Shown here piece after piece: positions 25,950 through 38,550 of a stretch of DNA of 64,000 bases. The stretch covers positions 16,200,636-16,264,635 of the forward strand of contig JARFYF010000053.1 in assembly GCA_030265395.1 (NCBI GenBank), written 5' to 3'. Positions within the stretch are counted from its first letter, which is position 1. Every line of letters starts with the position of its first letter. Made by a program: the position numbers and the translations under genes. This stretch comes from Rhina ancylostomus. Lineage: Eukaryota. The notes beneath the pieces were generated by a model. That model was not told the origin of the DNA. It did not search any database and saw nothing but the letters and a program-made list of their open reading frames with translations.

Positions 25950-26795
25950 GGATATGCTATTACGATTATATAGGCCCTTACTGAGACCAAACCTGGAGTA
26001 CTATGTGCAGTTTTTGTCTCCTTACCTAAGAAAGGATATACTTACCACAGAGGGAGTGCAACATAGGTTCACCAGATTGATCGCTGGCAAGAAAGGACCA
26101 TCTTATAGGGCAGTGGCACAGCTACTGGACTGCAACCTTGCAGCTCTAGTAAACCGGGTTCCATCCTGACCTTGAGTGCTGAATGTGTGGACTTTGTACA
26201 TTCTTCCCGTAACTACATGAGATTCCCTCCGGTGCTCTGGTTTCCTTCCACATCCCAAACGTGTGCTGGATAGTAGGTTGATTGGCCACTGTAAATTGCC
26301 CCTATTATGTATATGATAGAATCTGGGGGAGTTGGTGGGAATATGGGGAGAACAGGTTACAGGGAAAATTAGTGGGTGAAAGGGATTAGTTAATGAGCTG
26401 GCATTAATTTGATGAGTGCAAGTGATTTCCTTCATTGTCATAGAACATCTATGGAATATCTATGCACTGTAACAGAATCAGATGAGAGCTTGGTAAAATT
26501 CTGAAAAAGCTGGACAAACTAGATCCAGGATGTGAGGTAAAATGTTTATGACTGAGAGGAGAGAAACTTCTTTACTCAGACAATTGTGAAGCTGTGTAAT
26601 TCTCTACCACAGAAAATTGTGGAGGTCAAGTCACTGAATATATTTAAGAAAGGGACAGACTTTTCAATAAATAAAGGGATCAAGGGACAGTGGAGAGAGA
26701 GCAGGAGTGTGGCATTATGATAAAGGATCAGTCACAATCGTACTGAATGGTGGACCACCTCAAAGGCTGAATGGTCTACTCCTGCTCCTATGTTT
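25950..26795 (+). mobile_element. CR1 LINE fragment interrupted by a SINE
   Basis: DMLLRLYRPLLRPNLEYYVQF.SPYLRKDI..EGVQHRFTRLI; 3' UTR resumes at about 26480. Confidence 0.85.
26106..26440 (+). mobile_element. tRNA-derived SINE nested in CR1
   Basis: GGCAGTGGCACAGC..GGGTTCCATCCTGACC..GGTGCTCTGGTTTCCTTCCACATCCCAAA. Confidence 0.8.
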
Positions 26796-26885
26796 CTTTA
26801 TCACAACTAAATTAGCTTCATAATATTGCACTGTCTTTACATTAACACATCCCATAACTACAACCAATCCAATCAGAGAATACGC

Positions 26886-27075
26886 TAGAGACACAAGAGA
26901 CCGATGATGCTGTAATCAAGAGCAAAATACGAACTGCTGAAAGAACTCAGTGGATTGAGCCCCCCATCTGTGGAGGCAGCGTCCTGACCCGAAACATTAA
27001 CAATTCCTTTTCCCCTACAGATGCTGCTTGACCCACTGAGTTCCTCCAGCAGTTTGTTTTTTTGCTCCAGAGAGA
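26886..27075. mobile_element. Palindromic Penelope-type short element
   Basis: Arms GAGCAAAA..AACTGCTGAAAGAACTCAGTGG..CATCTGTGG and CTACAGATG..CCACTGAGTTCCTCCAGCAGTT..TTTTGCTC are inverted repeats. Confidence 0.7.
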
Positions 27076-27479
27076 ACACTATTCCTTTAGTTAATCAGAA
27101 CAAACTCTAGGATTTAATTTTGTTTTTGTCCTGAGTTGTGATGTATTGTGCCTTTAGACATTTGTGGCATATAAAAGCAACAGAAAAAATGTAATGATTT
27201 AGTTAAGGGCTTTTGGAATGTTCATTGTCACAAGCACTGGAAAATACAATCAAAGACAATAGATTTACGCACACACAGATGGCAGGAGCTTGCACTGGTG
27301 TCACATTCATGAAATGGTAGATTACCCGAGCACCATGCACAATTACATAATTAAAGCTATTTTTAAACTATCAGAATTAACACAAAATTAGTAAAATCCT
27401 CTTCATCCTGAGACCTGGATCCAAAAATACACAAGCCATTTCTTGGAGTTAAAATGTATGCATGGATTCAGAGTCTAGG

Positions 27480-28430
27480 GATGGATGTACTCCAATCATT
27501 GAAGGTAGCACGACAAATTCAGAAGTCTGGTAAAAAGACATTTGGATTACTTGACTACAGAAATAAATGAGAGATCATAAATGAGAGAAATAAATGCTGA
27601 GGTCAGGCCTCAGCTGGAGTAATGTGTCCAATTAGTCTTTCTCTTGGAGTGGAAATGTCAAATACTAGAGGGCATAGTTTTAAGGTGAGAGGGGGAATGC
27701 TTAAAGGAGATTTACATGGCAAGTTTTTTTATACAGAGAGTGGGGGCTGGAAAGCATTGCCAAGGGAGGTGGTGGAAGCAGATATGATTGCAACATTTAA
27801 GAAGCAAGTAGACAGGCACATGAGCAGGCAGGTAATTGAGGAATATAGATCACATGCAGGCAGATGTCCAGTTTAAATTGCCACCATGATCGGCACAGGC
27901 ATCGTGGGCCAAATGGCCTGTTCCTGTGCTGTACTGTTCTATATTCTCTGTTTAATTCTTGGCACTATGCTTAAGGAAAGATGCCTTAGGAGATGTGCAG
28001 AGATGATATTGTAAAACTGTACCAGGAATAAAGGATTTCAGAATGTAGAGATGGGAGAAGCTGATGTCACCTTCCCTAAAACAGAAAAGGATGTGGGGAG
28101 TTTTAAATTGTGGCATTCAAAAGCAAGTAAATTGATATAAGAAATAGTTTCCACTGCCAGCAGGTAATTTCAGCCAGAGGAATCCAATTTAAGAAAATGA
28201 AATATATAACAAGAGGCAATTTGAGGAAAACAATATTTACACAGCGGACTGTGACCTGGAAAATACTGTGCAAAAAACAATTGGTAGAGGCAGATTCAAT
28301 AGTGACTTTTAAAAGGGAATGGATAGCTACTGCAAAAAGGAACCATTTATAGGGCTTCAAAAAAAGAGCACAGAAGTGAGAACAGTTCTGCAAAAAATCA
28401 AACTTTATAATAGTGGGTACCACATTGGCA
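27480..28430 (+). mobile_element. Old CR1 with a younger CR1 3' end nested at ~27630-27945
   Basis: SNTRGHSFKVRGG..KGDL.GKFF; older flanks CAGCTGGAGTAATGTGTCCAA and TTCTTGGCACTATGCTTAAGGAAAG. Confidence 0.78.
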
Positions 28431-29355
28431 CAGGTGGCTGGTATGAGAACTGTGGGAGAGGAAGGCTGCTGTGAATGGGGAATAGAGATTGGCGAGATGG
28501 CACCAGTAATTGAGAAAATTGAACTGGCATGAGTAAATAGTAAACAGATTTCCTAAAGTACAGAGGAGGTCAGTCAGTCCACACCTGTTCGAGGTAGAGT
28601 GATGGGGTTGGTCCCATTCCCCACTCTGTCACCATAGCCCTGCAAATTATTTTCCCCATTTGCCAATGAAAACCCTAATTCTGCTTCCATCATGCATGGA
28701 TGCAGTGAGTTCCAGATCACAACAGCGCATCTTTTGTCCAAAATATTAAATCTGTGGTTCACATCAATAAACCACCTGCTAAGGGAAATATCTTGCCTCT
28801 GCTCGCCCTATTTAAGGCAGTTATGGGAATGTGGAATTTGCTACCAGCTGGAGTGGTTGAAGCAAACAAAGTAAGGGGAACCTACGTAAACACATGACGT
28901 AGAAAGGAACAGGAGATATCCTGTTAAGTGTAATGAAGTACGGTGGGTGTGCTAGATAAACATCAGAACAGATCTTTTGATCTGAATGGTTTCTAAGATG
29001 TGGATGCTTTGTAATATCGTACTGCTGAAGTCAGAACTGACGAGTGCAGAAGCCTTTGTCGTTCTTACAATGGAGAAAAAGAGTGAGTGCACAGTGCACA
29101 AACACTCAGGAATAATGGCAATAACACCACAGCTGCAAGAGAGAGGAAAGAAAGGCATTTTCCTGAGTATTAACATTTTTATGATTAGAAGGCATAATTG
29201 TGTGAAAGCACATTGGATCCCTGTGGATGGGAAACAGTGCAGGAAACACCTTTGTATCTCACCTGATAGCAACTCAGCCATTTTTTGAGAATTAAAATTT
29301 TCCCTCATATTTCAGTACACAGAATAAATATTCCATAAAGTTTAGATAAACTTAC

Positions 29356-29597
29356 GTTATGACACATTTCTCATTCATCACATTGGCTTTGAACCCCAGG
29401 ACCGCAAACACCACAAGTGTTGCCAGAATAGAGGTGAAGAAATTAATGAAAGCGACAAGGGCCGCATCAAAATGGCAGTTGTTGTCTTTCTTGTTGTAAC
29501 TGGAGAATGCGATGACTCCCCCAAACCCAAGACCAAGAGCAAAGAAGACTTGTGTAGCAGCTTCCCTCCATACCTGTGATTCCATCATCTTCTCCAA
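29356..29597 (-). CDS. SLC6A17: SLC6A17 exon 7 (242 nt, includes TM6-TM7)
   Basis: TTGCAG|[80 protein letters not shown]|GTAAGT. Confidence 0.97.
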
Positions 29598-30415
29598 CTG
29601 CAATGACAAGTCAACAATATAAATAAGGGCCAGCTTAATGTAAGTACAAGTGAAACTTTGTCCTCATTGTAGTGGATAGGAGCTGGGTCAGAGCTACATA
29701 GGCCTTAAGGCCACAATTTCGATTGTAGAAAGTTCACTGACCTCAATAGGACAGTGAATTGGGCTCCACAATTGTACCTGTGCCTGCCTGTTTATTGGAT
29801 TTTAAGTCATATCAAGAAGTGACAACAGGCATCAAAAATAAGAAGAAAGGAAGTTCTGATGCAGGACAAAAAAGAATTAAAAATGGACAACACAATAGAA
29901 ATCATACTGGGCTTCAGTCCAATTAATTGGCTGCAGTAGACAAAGACAAGGAATCCTTAATACCAAAGCTTTACCTCTACACTCTTTCTTACAATGTAAA
30001 TTAATCCCAAATGAACCAACTTCATCAGTATTTACTGAATGTGTGCAATAAACAATTCTTTTGTGTTAAATTTAATTTACAAAGTAATAAACTGACAAGA
30101 TCACAGCCCATTCCCTACCTCTCTTTTTGTGACACAGATATCTGTGGGAGAAGGGGAGCTCTGGTCTTTGCGGTATCTCCCTTCCAAAGATAATTTCTGC
30201 TCTCATCTACACCTTCACTGTCACCATCTAGATTCACGGTGTGCTGGGGCATTTACCCCCAGGAAGCAGGATAAAGCCAGAGGCTCTCACATGGAATGAG
30301 AGCATCTTATGGTGTTCCAAACACTTGGCAACAGCCATTCCAGCAACACTGAGCTTACCAACAACCATTTGCTTTATAAAGTGAATCCCAAATAGTAATG
30401 CAGGAGCTAACATAC

Positions 30416-30526
30416 CTTAGGAGTGAACATATGAAGAATTCCATCAATTGAACCTCTGAGTAGGAGACTTCGAATCAGGAAACATACCAGAACAACGTAT
30501 GGAAACAGAGAACTGAAATACATCAC
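30416..30526 (-). CDS. SLC6A17: SLC6A17 exon 6 (111 nt)
   Basis: TTTTTTCAG|[37 protein letters not shown]|GTATGT. Confidence 0.96.
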
Positions 30527-30719
30527 CTGAAAAAAATGAATATATGGAATTGTACCTAAGAAATCACAGGGAACCAGCAAAGATACAATCAAAATACTAC
30601 TTTATTACGCTCAAAACACTATGTCAGTCGAGCTTCAAAAACTTAACCACTATATATAGAATAAAACTGGTGGAGTGTCTCAATCCAAAACATTGACTGT
30701 CCGCTTCCCTCTACAGATG

Positions 30720-31095
30720 CTGCCTAACTTGCTGAATTGCTCCAGATTCCAGCATCTGCAGTTTCTTGTGTTTCCCATAACACTGCCCGATCAAACACTC
30801 CTGGGGCAGATACAGCATGGGATAAATACAAAATCTTTTACAAAACCCCGTTAAACATTCCAAGGGATTGTCAAGCACAAGTTAAATAGGCAGTAAAGGT
30901 AGTTCAATTTCATCCCTCTGAAGTCTTCAAAGAAAATGCACTACAGGTTAGAGACAGATTAAGCTCCATAAATATGCTCTCAAAGTCTCCAAAGATGATT
31001 GCAATATGAGTCATAAAGACAATAAAATTTATTCTATGCAATCTCATTAAACAATCTCAGAGTATGGTTAAAATCAAAGAACATTCTGTTCTCTC
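30720..31095. repeat. Degenerate ~66-bp shark/ray-type satellite in intron 5
   Basis: CACTGCCCGATCAAACACTCCTGGGGCAGATACAGCATGGG followed by decayed copies. Confidence 0.5.
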
Positions 31096-31118
31096 CCTAT
31101 TTGAACCGAAAGATTTAC

Positions 31119-31293
31119 CTTGCCAGATGATTGGATGCCCTTGATTGTGCATAATCCTACAATAAACCAGGCAGACAACAAACAAAGAGTCAATTGAGAC
31201 CACCTCCATCATTAATGTTGTTGGAGATGTTTAGCGTATTTCTATACCAAAAGTAAGTTGTAGCTGAACTCTTGTCACATTCTGGTTCTATGA
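31119..31293 (-). CDS. SLC6A17: SLC6A17 exon 5 (175 nt, frameshifted by an apparent 7-nt deletion)
   Basis: CTATCAG|(I)[33 protein letters not shown] then TGA at 31192-31190. The conserved continuation [24 protein letters not shown]|GTAAAT is in another frame. Confidence 0.92.
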
Positions 31294-32174
31294 CTGATAG
31301 AAGAACAAAAAAAGTCATATTAGTGTCAGCACCAATTTTATTGAATGCTTAAAGAAGATTAATGCATTTTCAAGTGTTTCTATGTTTCTGTTTGTCCAGA
31401 AGCACAAACCCATAGCCACACACAGTTAGTCAATCACAGGAATTGCTCGGGGAAGTATATCTGAATATCTGCAATAGTGTTGTTCATGTACAGAAAGAAG
31501 GACTTTATTGAACAGAGAGGCTGAGTTAGTAAGGGAGACGCTGAGGAACGATTCAAGGTAATACCTCAGGAGTGACATTGCCCAAGGAAGAGACCGCATC
31601 TGAGAAATTCTATTACCAGCAATTTCTTTTGTTACAGAGTCCTGAGGACAACTTTATCATTAGAAAAAGAATTTCATGGGACAAATGGCATTTATCTTCT
31701 GAGCTCTCTGACCCCAGCCCTATCTATGGAGAGAGTATCACACAAAACTAGATCCAACAGTATCAAAACAAGAGATCCTGAATCGGGACCACAACTTCAG
31801 GTTCTCACTCAGTGATCAGAGAAAAAAATTCAACTCTACAAAGTACAAACATGTAGTGAACCTCCTCTTTAAAACTTTGTATCCATCTCATAAACCAGAA
31901 AGGGTGGGGCGTGAGGAAACACAAGAAGAGCTTAATCCTTAATTAAAAGGAAAGTTATCAAGGTTCTGCATAGAACCACTGAGTCTGCCTTCCAGTAACT
32001 TAGCATGGGATTCAAGTTGATATTTCTGCCATTAAACCAATGTATTATATTCCCATCCTCATCAACTCTGTACATTCCTGGAATCAGAACATTCAGAGAA
32101 GATAAACTGAAAAAGAGAAAGAATAGGAGACATAGAATTACTGTCCCCACCACTGAATGAAATCAATTACTTAC

Positions 32175-32301
32175 TGGTAACGGTGCCATTGGTGATTAGT
32201 GGACACTCACTCCATGGGAGGGGAGACTGGAAAGATTTGAAAAAGTAAAATATACTCCAACCGATGATGACGTTGTAGTAAAGCCCAACAAAGAAACAAA
32301 C
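32175..32301 (-). CDS. SLC6A17: SLC6A17 exon 4 (127 nt)
   Basis: CCTTACCAG|[42 protein letters not shown], donor |GTAAGT. Confidence 0.96.
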
Positions 32302-32689
32302 CTGGTAAGGGAACAGAAACCACTGACTGAGTATCAGACAGAGCAGAAAGGAATTAGGCAGGACCAAAGCCTTAACTGAATAACTTTGCCTCATCTCCAC
32401 AGCACCTGAATGTGGCACTGACCAACAGGATTCTCAATCTTGTTGAAACTCTAACTTTGCACTTACATAATGAGGCTTTCCTTGGGAAGAAGGCTGTCCA
32501 ATCAGATTATTTATATGAGAAAGAAAAGAATAAACCACCATTCCCTGCATCAACTCCTACTTAAGGCTAACCACAGGTTAGTAATGCACCAAGCAGTGCA
32601 GATGACATGTAATGACAAAAGGGAACGCAGAATTCTGCAGCCTTGTAACTAACATTGATTACTTATGACTTACATTAGTTGAAATAATT

Positions 32690-33470
32690 ATATTATTATG
32701 ACCTGGAGAAGGGGCCTGAGTGTAAGACATCCAAGCTTATTGATGACATGAAAATAGGTGGGAGGGCATGTTGCAATGAGGATGTTTGGTCTGCAAAACA
32801 GGATATGGATAGGTTGAGTGAGCGGCTGAAAACTTGCTAGGTAGAGTTTAATCTTGTAAAGTGTGGGGTCAAGTACTTCAGTAAGAGGAATCTAAAGGCA
32901 GACTATTATCTAAATGGTGGAAGACTGCAGATAAGTGAAGTACAGAGAGATCTAAATGTAGTCATGCACAAATGGCAACATTTTAGCAGGCAGTGGTCAG
33001 GAAGTCGAATGACATATTAATCTTTATTCCTGGAATGTGAGGCTTGTCCTATCACCAGGGACTAAAGAAATTAGATCTATGTTCTTTGGAGTTTAGGAGA
33101 ATGAGGGGTGATCTTATTGAAATATAAAGATCTTTAGGGGCATGACAGGGTAGATATCAAGGTAGACGTTTCCACTAGTGGTTGAATGGGATATTAGGGT
33201 TAGGGAATTGGTTGTTTAAAACTGAGGTGCGTAGCAACTTCACAAAGATGAGGATGAATCCCTGGAAATCTCTACCCTGGTTGTGAAGGCCAGATCATTG
33301 GGAATATGTAAAGAGAGAACAGACAATTTTTGAAGGATCAGGGAATTAAAAGCCCAGGGGAATGGCACAGAAGAGGCGATGACGCCAGGGGCAGATCTGC
33401 CATGTTCGTATTAAATGGCTGAGCAGGTTTAAGGGCCTAGCGATCTATTCCTGCTCCTATTTTCTTGTAT
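32690..33470 (+). mobile_element. CR1 LINE fragment (RT C-terminal region and 3' UTR)
   Basis: CCAAGCTTATTGATGACATGAAAATAGGTGG (FADD-like); TTGGAGTTTAGGAGAATGAGGGGTGATCTTATTGAAA. Confidence 0.8.
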
Positions 33471-34169
33471 CATCAAGTCACATTGTGTTCTTATGCTCTA
33501 ACAACAAACTAATCACTTCCAGGAAAATGAAATTTGACTGGAAGGTGAGATTGACAGGGAAGGAGGGAAGGAGAGCTGGTTGTTCAGAGCACTGGGACAG
33601 GAATGAGCAGAAGGGAATTGAGGAGTGGGATGGACTAAAGGAAATAAACTGGAAGAATAGACGGGGAATGGGTTGAGAGGGAATGGCCTGTGAGTTTGGG
33701 ATGGGGGTTGCACAGTGGTATTGGACTGACTATGAAATGGGCAGTGGGGACTGGGTTGCAGGAACTGGATTACAGGAAGATAGACTGAGGATATGTGTTC
33801 AGAATAGTTGTGACTAAACATCCTTTATAAATGTGCCATAATAAAGCTTTTGTGTTGCATTGAAGCCCTTTATTATAAATGACAATCAGATTACATAACT
33901 GGCCATGATAAAAAAAGACAAGCTTTGTAAAAAAGGTTCTCCTTTACTAAACAGATGTTAACAGAACAAACTAAAATACCAAATAATATTAACTTTCTGC
34001 CTACGTATTTCTGCAAAATTAAGAAGAGCCAGGATTACATAAATAGTAAGGTGATGACAAGAGGCACCCTTACATTTATCACAAAAAAGAATATGAAGAT
34101 GTTAGCAAATATTCTTAACCTAGAGTGGATTTCATCTGTTGCTGAAGGAGAGTGGAAGGGGCATTGAAT

Positions 34170-34810
34170 GAAATTGAGGAGCAGAGAGACTTGGTGTACA
34201 AGTCCAAGGATCCCTGGAGGTGGCAGCACAGGTAGATAAATTAGATAAGAAGACAGATGGGATTCCCACATTCATTAGCTGGGGCACAGAATGGAAGAAA
34301 TGGGAGGTTATGGTACAACCATATATAATTTTGGTTAGGTGACAGCTGGAGTATTGTGTGCAATTCTGTTCACCAGGATGTTGGCTGAAATGATGTGTTT
34401 CAGCTACGAGGAGGTCTGGATAAGCTGAGTTTGTTTTCCTTGGAGCAGAGGAGGCCGAGGAGGGAGCAGATTGAAGTATATATCGTTATGAGGGGCATGG
34501 ATAGGGTAAGTGGAAAGAAGCTGTTCCCTTTAACAAAAGTGTCTAAAATCCAGAAAACATAAAGGTGAGGTGGATGAGAATTAGAGGGAATCTGAGGAAG
34601 AATTTTTTCACCCAGAGGGTGGATAGAATCTGGAATGCACCGCCTGAGAGGGTGGTCGAGGCAATGATCTACACAGCATTTAAGAAGCATCTGGATGAGC
34701 ACTTGAGGTTCCAAGGCATAGAAGGCTATGGGCAAAATGCTGGAAAATAGAATATAGATGGGTACTTGATGGTCAGTATGAAGGGCTGAAGGACCTGTTC
34801 CTGATTTTAT
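34170..34810 (+). mobile_element. CR1 LINE 3' fragment
   Basis: RIRGNLRKNFFTQRVDRIWNAPPERVVEA..FKKHLDEHL. Confidence 0.85.
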
Positions 34811-35121
34811 GATGTATGGAAGAAGCATGGGATAAGGTGATGAGAGGTAAATTCTGAGACATGGTTTCAATATAGTACTTAGGGGAACAAACTAGCTCTG
34901 ACAAAGAACTGATTACCTTCTCCTCTTCTAATCCCGTTAAAGTTGGAAGTGGGTGAGTAGCAATCATGTTTGAGATTCTTAAAAATTTTCACATCTGGCT
35001 CAGCCTATTTCATCTGGTTCTGAGTTAAAATTCTGAATATTCCATTCTTAAAAAGAAACATCATTCAGGCATTTCTAAACAGCCTCAATTGTAAGCCACT
35101 TAACTCAGCTATGGTACTCAC

Positions 35122-35279
35122 AATACAACTTGCAAATCCAATGCCTCCCAGCCTGGGACAGATATAATTCCAGACACCAATACTTCCCCTCCTTATTCTC
35201 TGGCCCACTGCAAGCTCCAGGAAAAATAGAGGAATCCCAATGATAAGAAGCAGGATGAAGTATGGAACAAGATAAGCAC
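35122..35279 (-). CDS. SLC6A17: SLC6A17 exon 3 (158 nt)
   Basis: TTGCAG|GT GCT TAT...: (G)[52 protein letters not shown], donor |GTGAGT. Confidence 0.96.
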
Positions 35280-35879
35280 CTGCAAGTTAGACAGATTTTA
35301 ACATAAATTAGAATACATTTAAACAGGTTCACACTGTGTTTTAACAGATGGATGAAATGTTCCCGGATCAATGGGAGTCTGTGAATTCTCTGATCCTTGT
35401 AAACTATTCTCTACCTGAAGGGCGGGTGCAGAGGCAGTTAAGTTAATACTGCCTCCAGCATTTCTTCCTTACAGCTGCATCTATCTTCCATGTTACAGGA
35501 ACTGGAAACATCAGCTCAAGGTGGCTCATGTCAAGCACCATTTCATTAGCCTAATGGAAGTAGGCATTTTGACTACAACAAACATAATACTCAGTTCCGA
35601 TGCAATGCACTGTTTTTCAATGTAGTCTTTCTATAATTGCTGCTCTTCACAGCACATTAAGAATCAAGCCATCTTTGCTTGCAACTATATCTGAAATGTA
35701 TTTCAGTTTCTCATTGTCTGCATCAGTTTTTGTATCTGCCTGCAATCTATAATCTTTCTGAAATTCAACCCCCCTCCTTAGACCCTAGCTCCATCCTCAA
35801 TGCTATTCTGCTTCCACTTCACAGAGCTCTGTACCCAATCCACAGTCCTGTTCTCCTGGCCTCTGATTCTTTGCCTACC

Positions 35880-36791
35880 ATCATAAGACCATAAGATATA
35901 CCTGTAGGAGCAGAATTAGACCATTTGGCCCATTGAGCACGCTCCGACATTCAATCATAGATTATTCTTTTGAACACCATTGTCCCACCTTTTCCCCATA
36001 ACCCTTAACCCCCTTACTAATCAAGAACCTATCAATCGCTGCCTTTTGTACACCCAGTGACTTGGCCTCCACAGCCCTCTGTGGCAATGAATTCCACAGA
36101 TTCACCACGCTTTGGCTGAAGAAATTCCTCCTCATCTCAGTTTTAAAGGGACACTNNNNNNNNNNNNNNNNNNNNNNNNNNNNNNNNNNNNNNNNNNNNN
36201 NNNNNNNNNNNNNNNNNNNNNNNNNNNNNNNNNNNNNNNNNNNNNNNNNNNNNNNTGAAGAAATTCCTCCTCATCTCAGTTTTAAAGGGACACTCCTTTA
36301 TTTTGAGGTTGTGCCCTCAGATCCTAAACTCTCCTACTAATGGAAACATCTCCTACGAATGGAAACATCTCCATGTCCACTCTATCCAGGCCTTTCAGTA
36401 TCTGGCAGGTTTCAATGAGATCCCCTGTCATCTTTCTGAACTCCCACAAGTACAGGCCTAGACACTTCAAATGCTCCTCATATGTTAAGTCTTTCCTTCC
36501 TGGGGTCATTATTGTGAACCTCTTCTGGACCCTCTCCAGGGCCAGCACATCATTACATTGATACAGGGCCCACAATTGCTCACAATATTCCAAATGTGGT
36601 TTGAACAACACCTTATAAAGCCTCAGCAGTACATCCTTGCTTTTATATTCTATTCCTCTCAAAATGGATGCTAATATTGCATTTGCTTTCTTTACCACTG
36701 ATTCAACTTGCAGGTTAATCTTGAGGGAATCCTGAACTAGGACTCCCAAGTCCCTTTGCACCTCTGATTTCTGAATTTTCTCCCCAATCAT
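35880..36791 (-). mobile_element. CR1 LINE 3' part, spans an artefactual gap
   Basis: QRDLGVLVQDSLK..HLEYCEQLW..LERVQKRFT..GLYLWEFRKMTGDLIE. Confidence 0.9.
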
Positions 36792-37614
36792 TTATCCCCA
36801 GCACCTGATCTCAATACCTCCTGGCCTCACCTTTATATTATTCTTCTAACTCTGACCCTTGCCCTGACTTTGTTCCTTTTACCCTCGACCCTAATTTTAC
36901 TCCCTCAACCTTTCCCCTTCTAAATCACACTCCCCCAAACCCTCATTTCCTCGCCTGACCTATCTCTTCTTTTCCATATTCATTTTCCAACTCTTCCTGT
37001 AAAAAGTCTGAAGGGCAACAACATGATTTGAAGGATTACATCATGTCACCATGGAAAAGTAATTGAAACATTTATTGGAAGGCAGTCAGCTCATATCAGT
37101 TCAATGCCAATTCACATCACAATTTCATTCTGACCCCAGGACTAGTACCTTGGAACTGTGAAGAAATGTCTGGAAAATGTCATTAATCTCAGTTTAATTG
37201 CCGCCCTAGACAGGATCATGAATTAGCAGTCAAGGACCACAACACTGCACTGCTGAGTGTCACAGTCTCGTGTCTCTGGGGCTTGTTGGCAAATATTGCT
37301 GTAAAGCAGAAATCTGAACCTCCACGTTGAATGCAAAATGACTTTCAGTGACTNNNNNNNNNNNNNNNNNNNNNNNNNNNNNNNNNNNNNNNNNNNNNNN
37401 NNNNNNNNNNNNNNNNNNNNNNNNNNNNNNNNTAATTAGATAAGTGACTAAATGCTCTGGAACATCTTATGGAAAGAGGGCAGAAAGGTACAGAGGTTTA
37501 GAAGGAATGGGGTGGGGTAGAATTCCAAAACTGAAGGTAAACTTGTTACTTAAATTCTAGCCAAAGGAACACCATCAATGATGGAACAAGTAAAATCAGG
37601 AAAGCATGAGAAAC

Positions 37615-37950
37615 CACAGTAGCAGCACAATAGTGGAGCTAGTAGAGCTGCTGCCTCATGGCTTCAGTGACTAGGTTCAATCCCAGCCTCCAGTGCTGTC
37701 TCTGTGGAGTTCGCATGCTCTACCTGTGACCACATGGGATATCCCCCAGCTGCTCTGGTTTCCTCCCACATCCCAAATCTGTGCTGGTTGGTAGTTTAAT
37801 TGACTGCTGTAAATTGCCCCTAATATGTAGATGAGAGGTAGAATCTGGGAATTTAGGAAGAATAAAAAGGGATTAGTGCAGGATTAGTGTAAGTGGGTCT
37901 TTGAATGTCTGTGCAAATTCAGTGGGCTAACTGGACCAGTTTTTGTGCTA
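37615..37950 (+). mobile_element. tRNA-derived SINE
   Basis: GGTTCAATCCCAGCC..GCTCTGGTTTCCTCCCACATCCCAAA..TGTAAATTGCCCC. Confidence 0.8.
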
Positions 37951-38550
37951 TGACAAGGTTTGGAGGGAGCACAATGATCTCAGAGGCCTGGAGAACTGGA
38001 GAAGGTTCCCAAGGTGAGGCTAAAGAAGGACTTGGAAACAAGGGCAAGAATTTTTAAAACAAAATTTTGCAAAATCAGGGGTACTGATACCACGATTTGG
38101 TCCCAATCGGGATACAGGTAGCAGAGTTTTGGATCTGGGATGTTCGATGGGACACCATTCAGATGTCCACAACCAGAGGTTTCAAATACATGGATGAGAG
38201 CTTGAGCAATTGTTGAGCTGATGCAGAGGCAGAGGCAGAGTCCAGTGACATTCAAAGAAAGAATCAGACAACATGGATAGCTGAGCAGGTTTGTAGTTAA
38301 AAACTCATCATAGAATGAAGAATAACTGCAGTGCTGGGAACACTGAGAGATGTCAGTGAAGTGGATGAAGTCAATGGATAGGAAATGTAGCATGTAGAAA
38401 AATATCCCAAGAAGATATCCATAAAGCCACTGGCTGATAAGTACAGATAAACAGTAGAAGGAGTCGAAGACTGAGAAACAAAGTTTAACTAACAGGGTAT
38501 AGTGCAGGATATTCTGCTGCAGTGAAATCTGGGACATTTGCTGCACAATG
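37950..38550 (-). mobile_element. Degraded L2-like LINE
   Basis: AQALIHVFETS..; nucleotide motifs AGGGCAAGAATTTTTAAA and GCAGAGTTTTGGAT; a related piece lies at ~59200-59660 (+). Confidence 0.5.
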
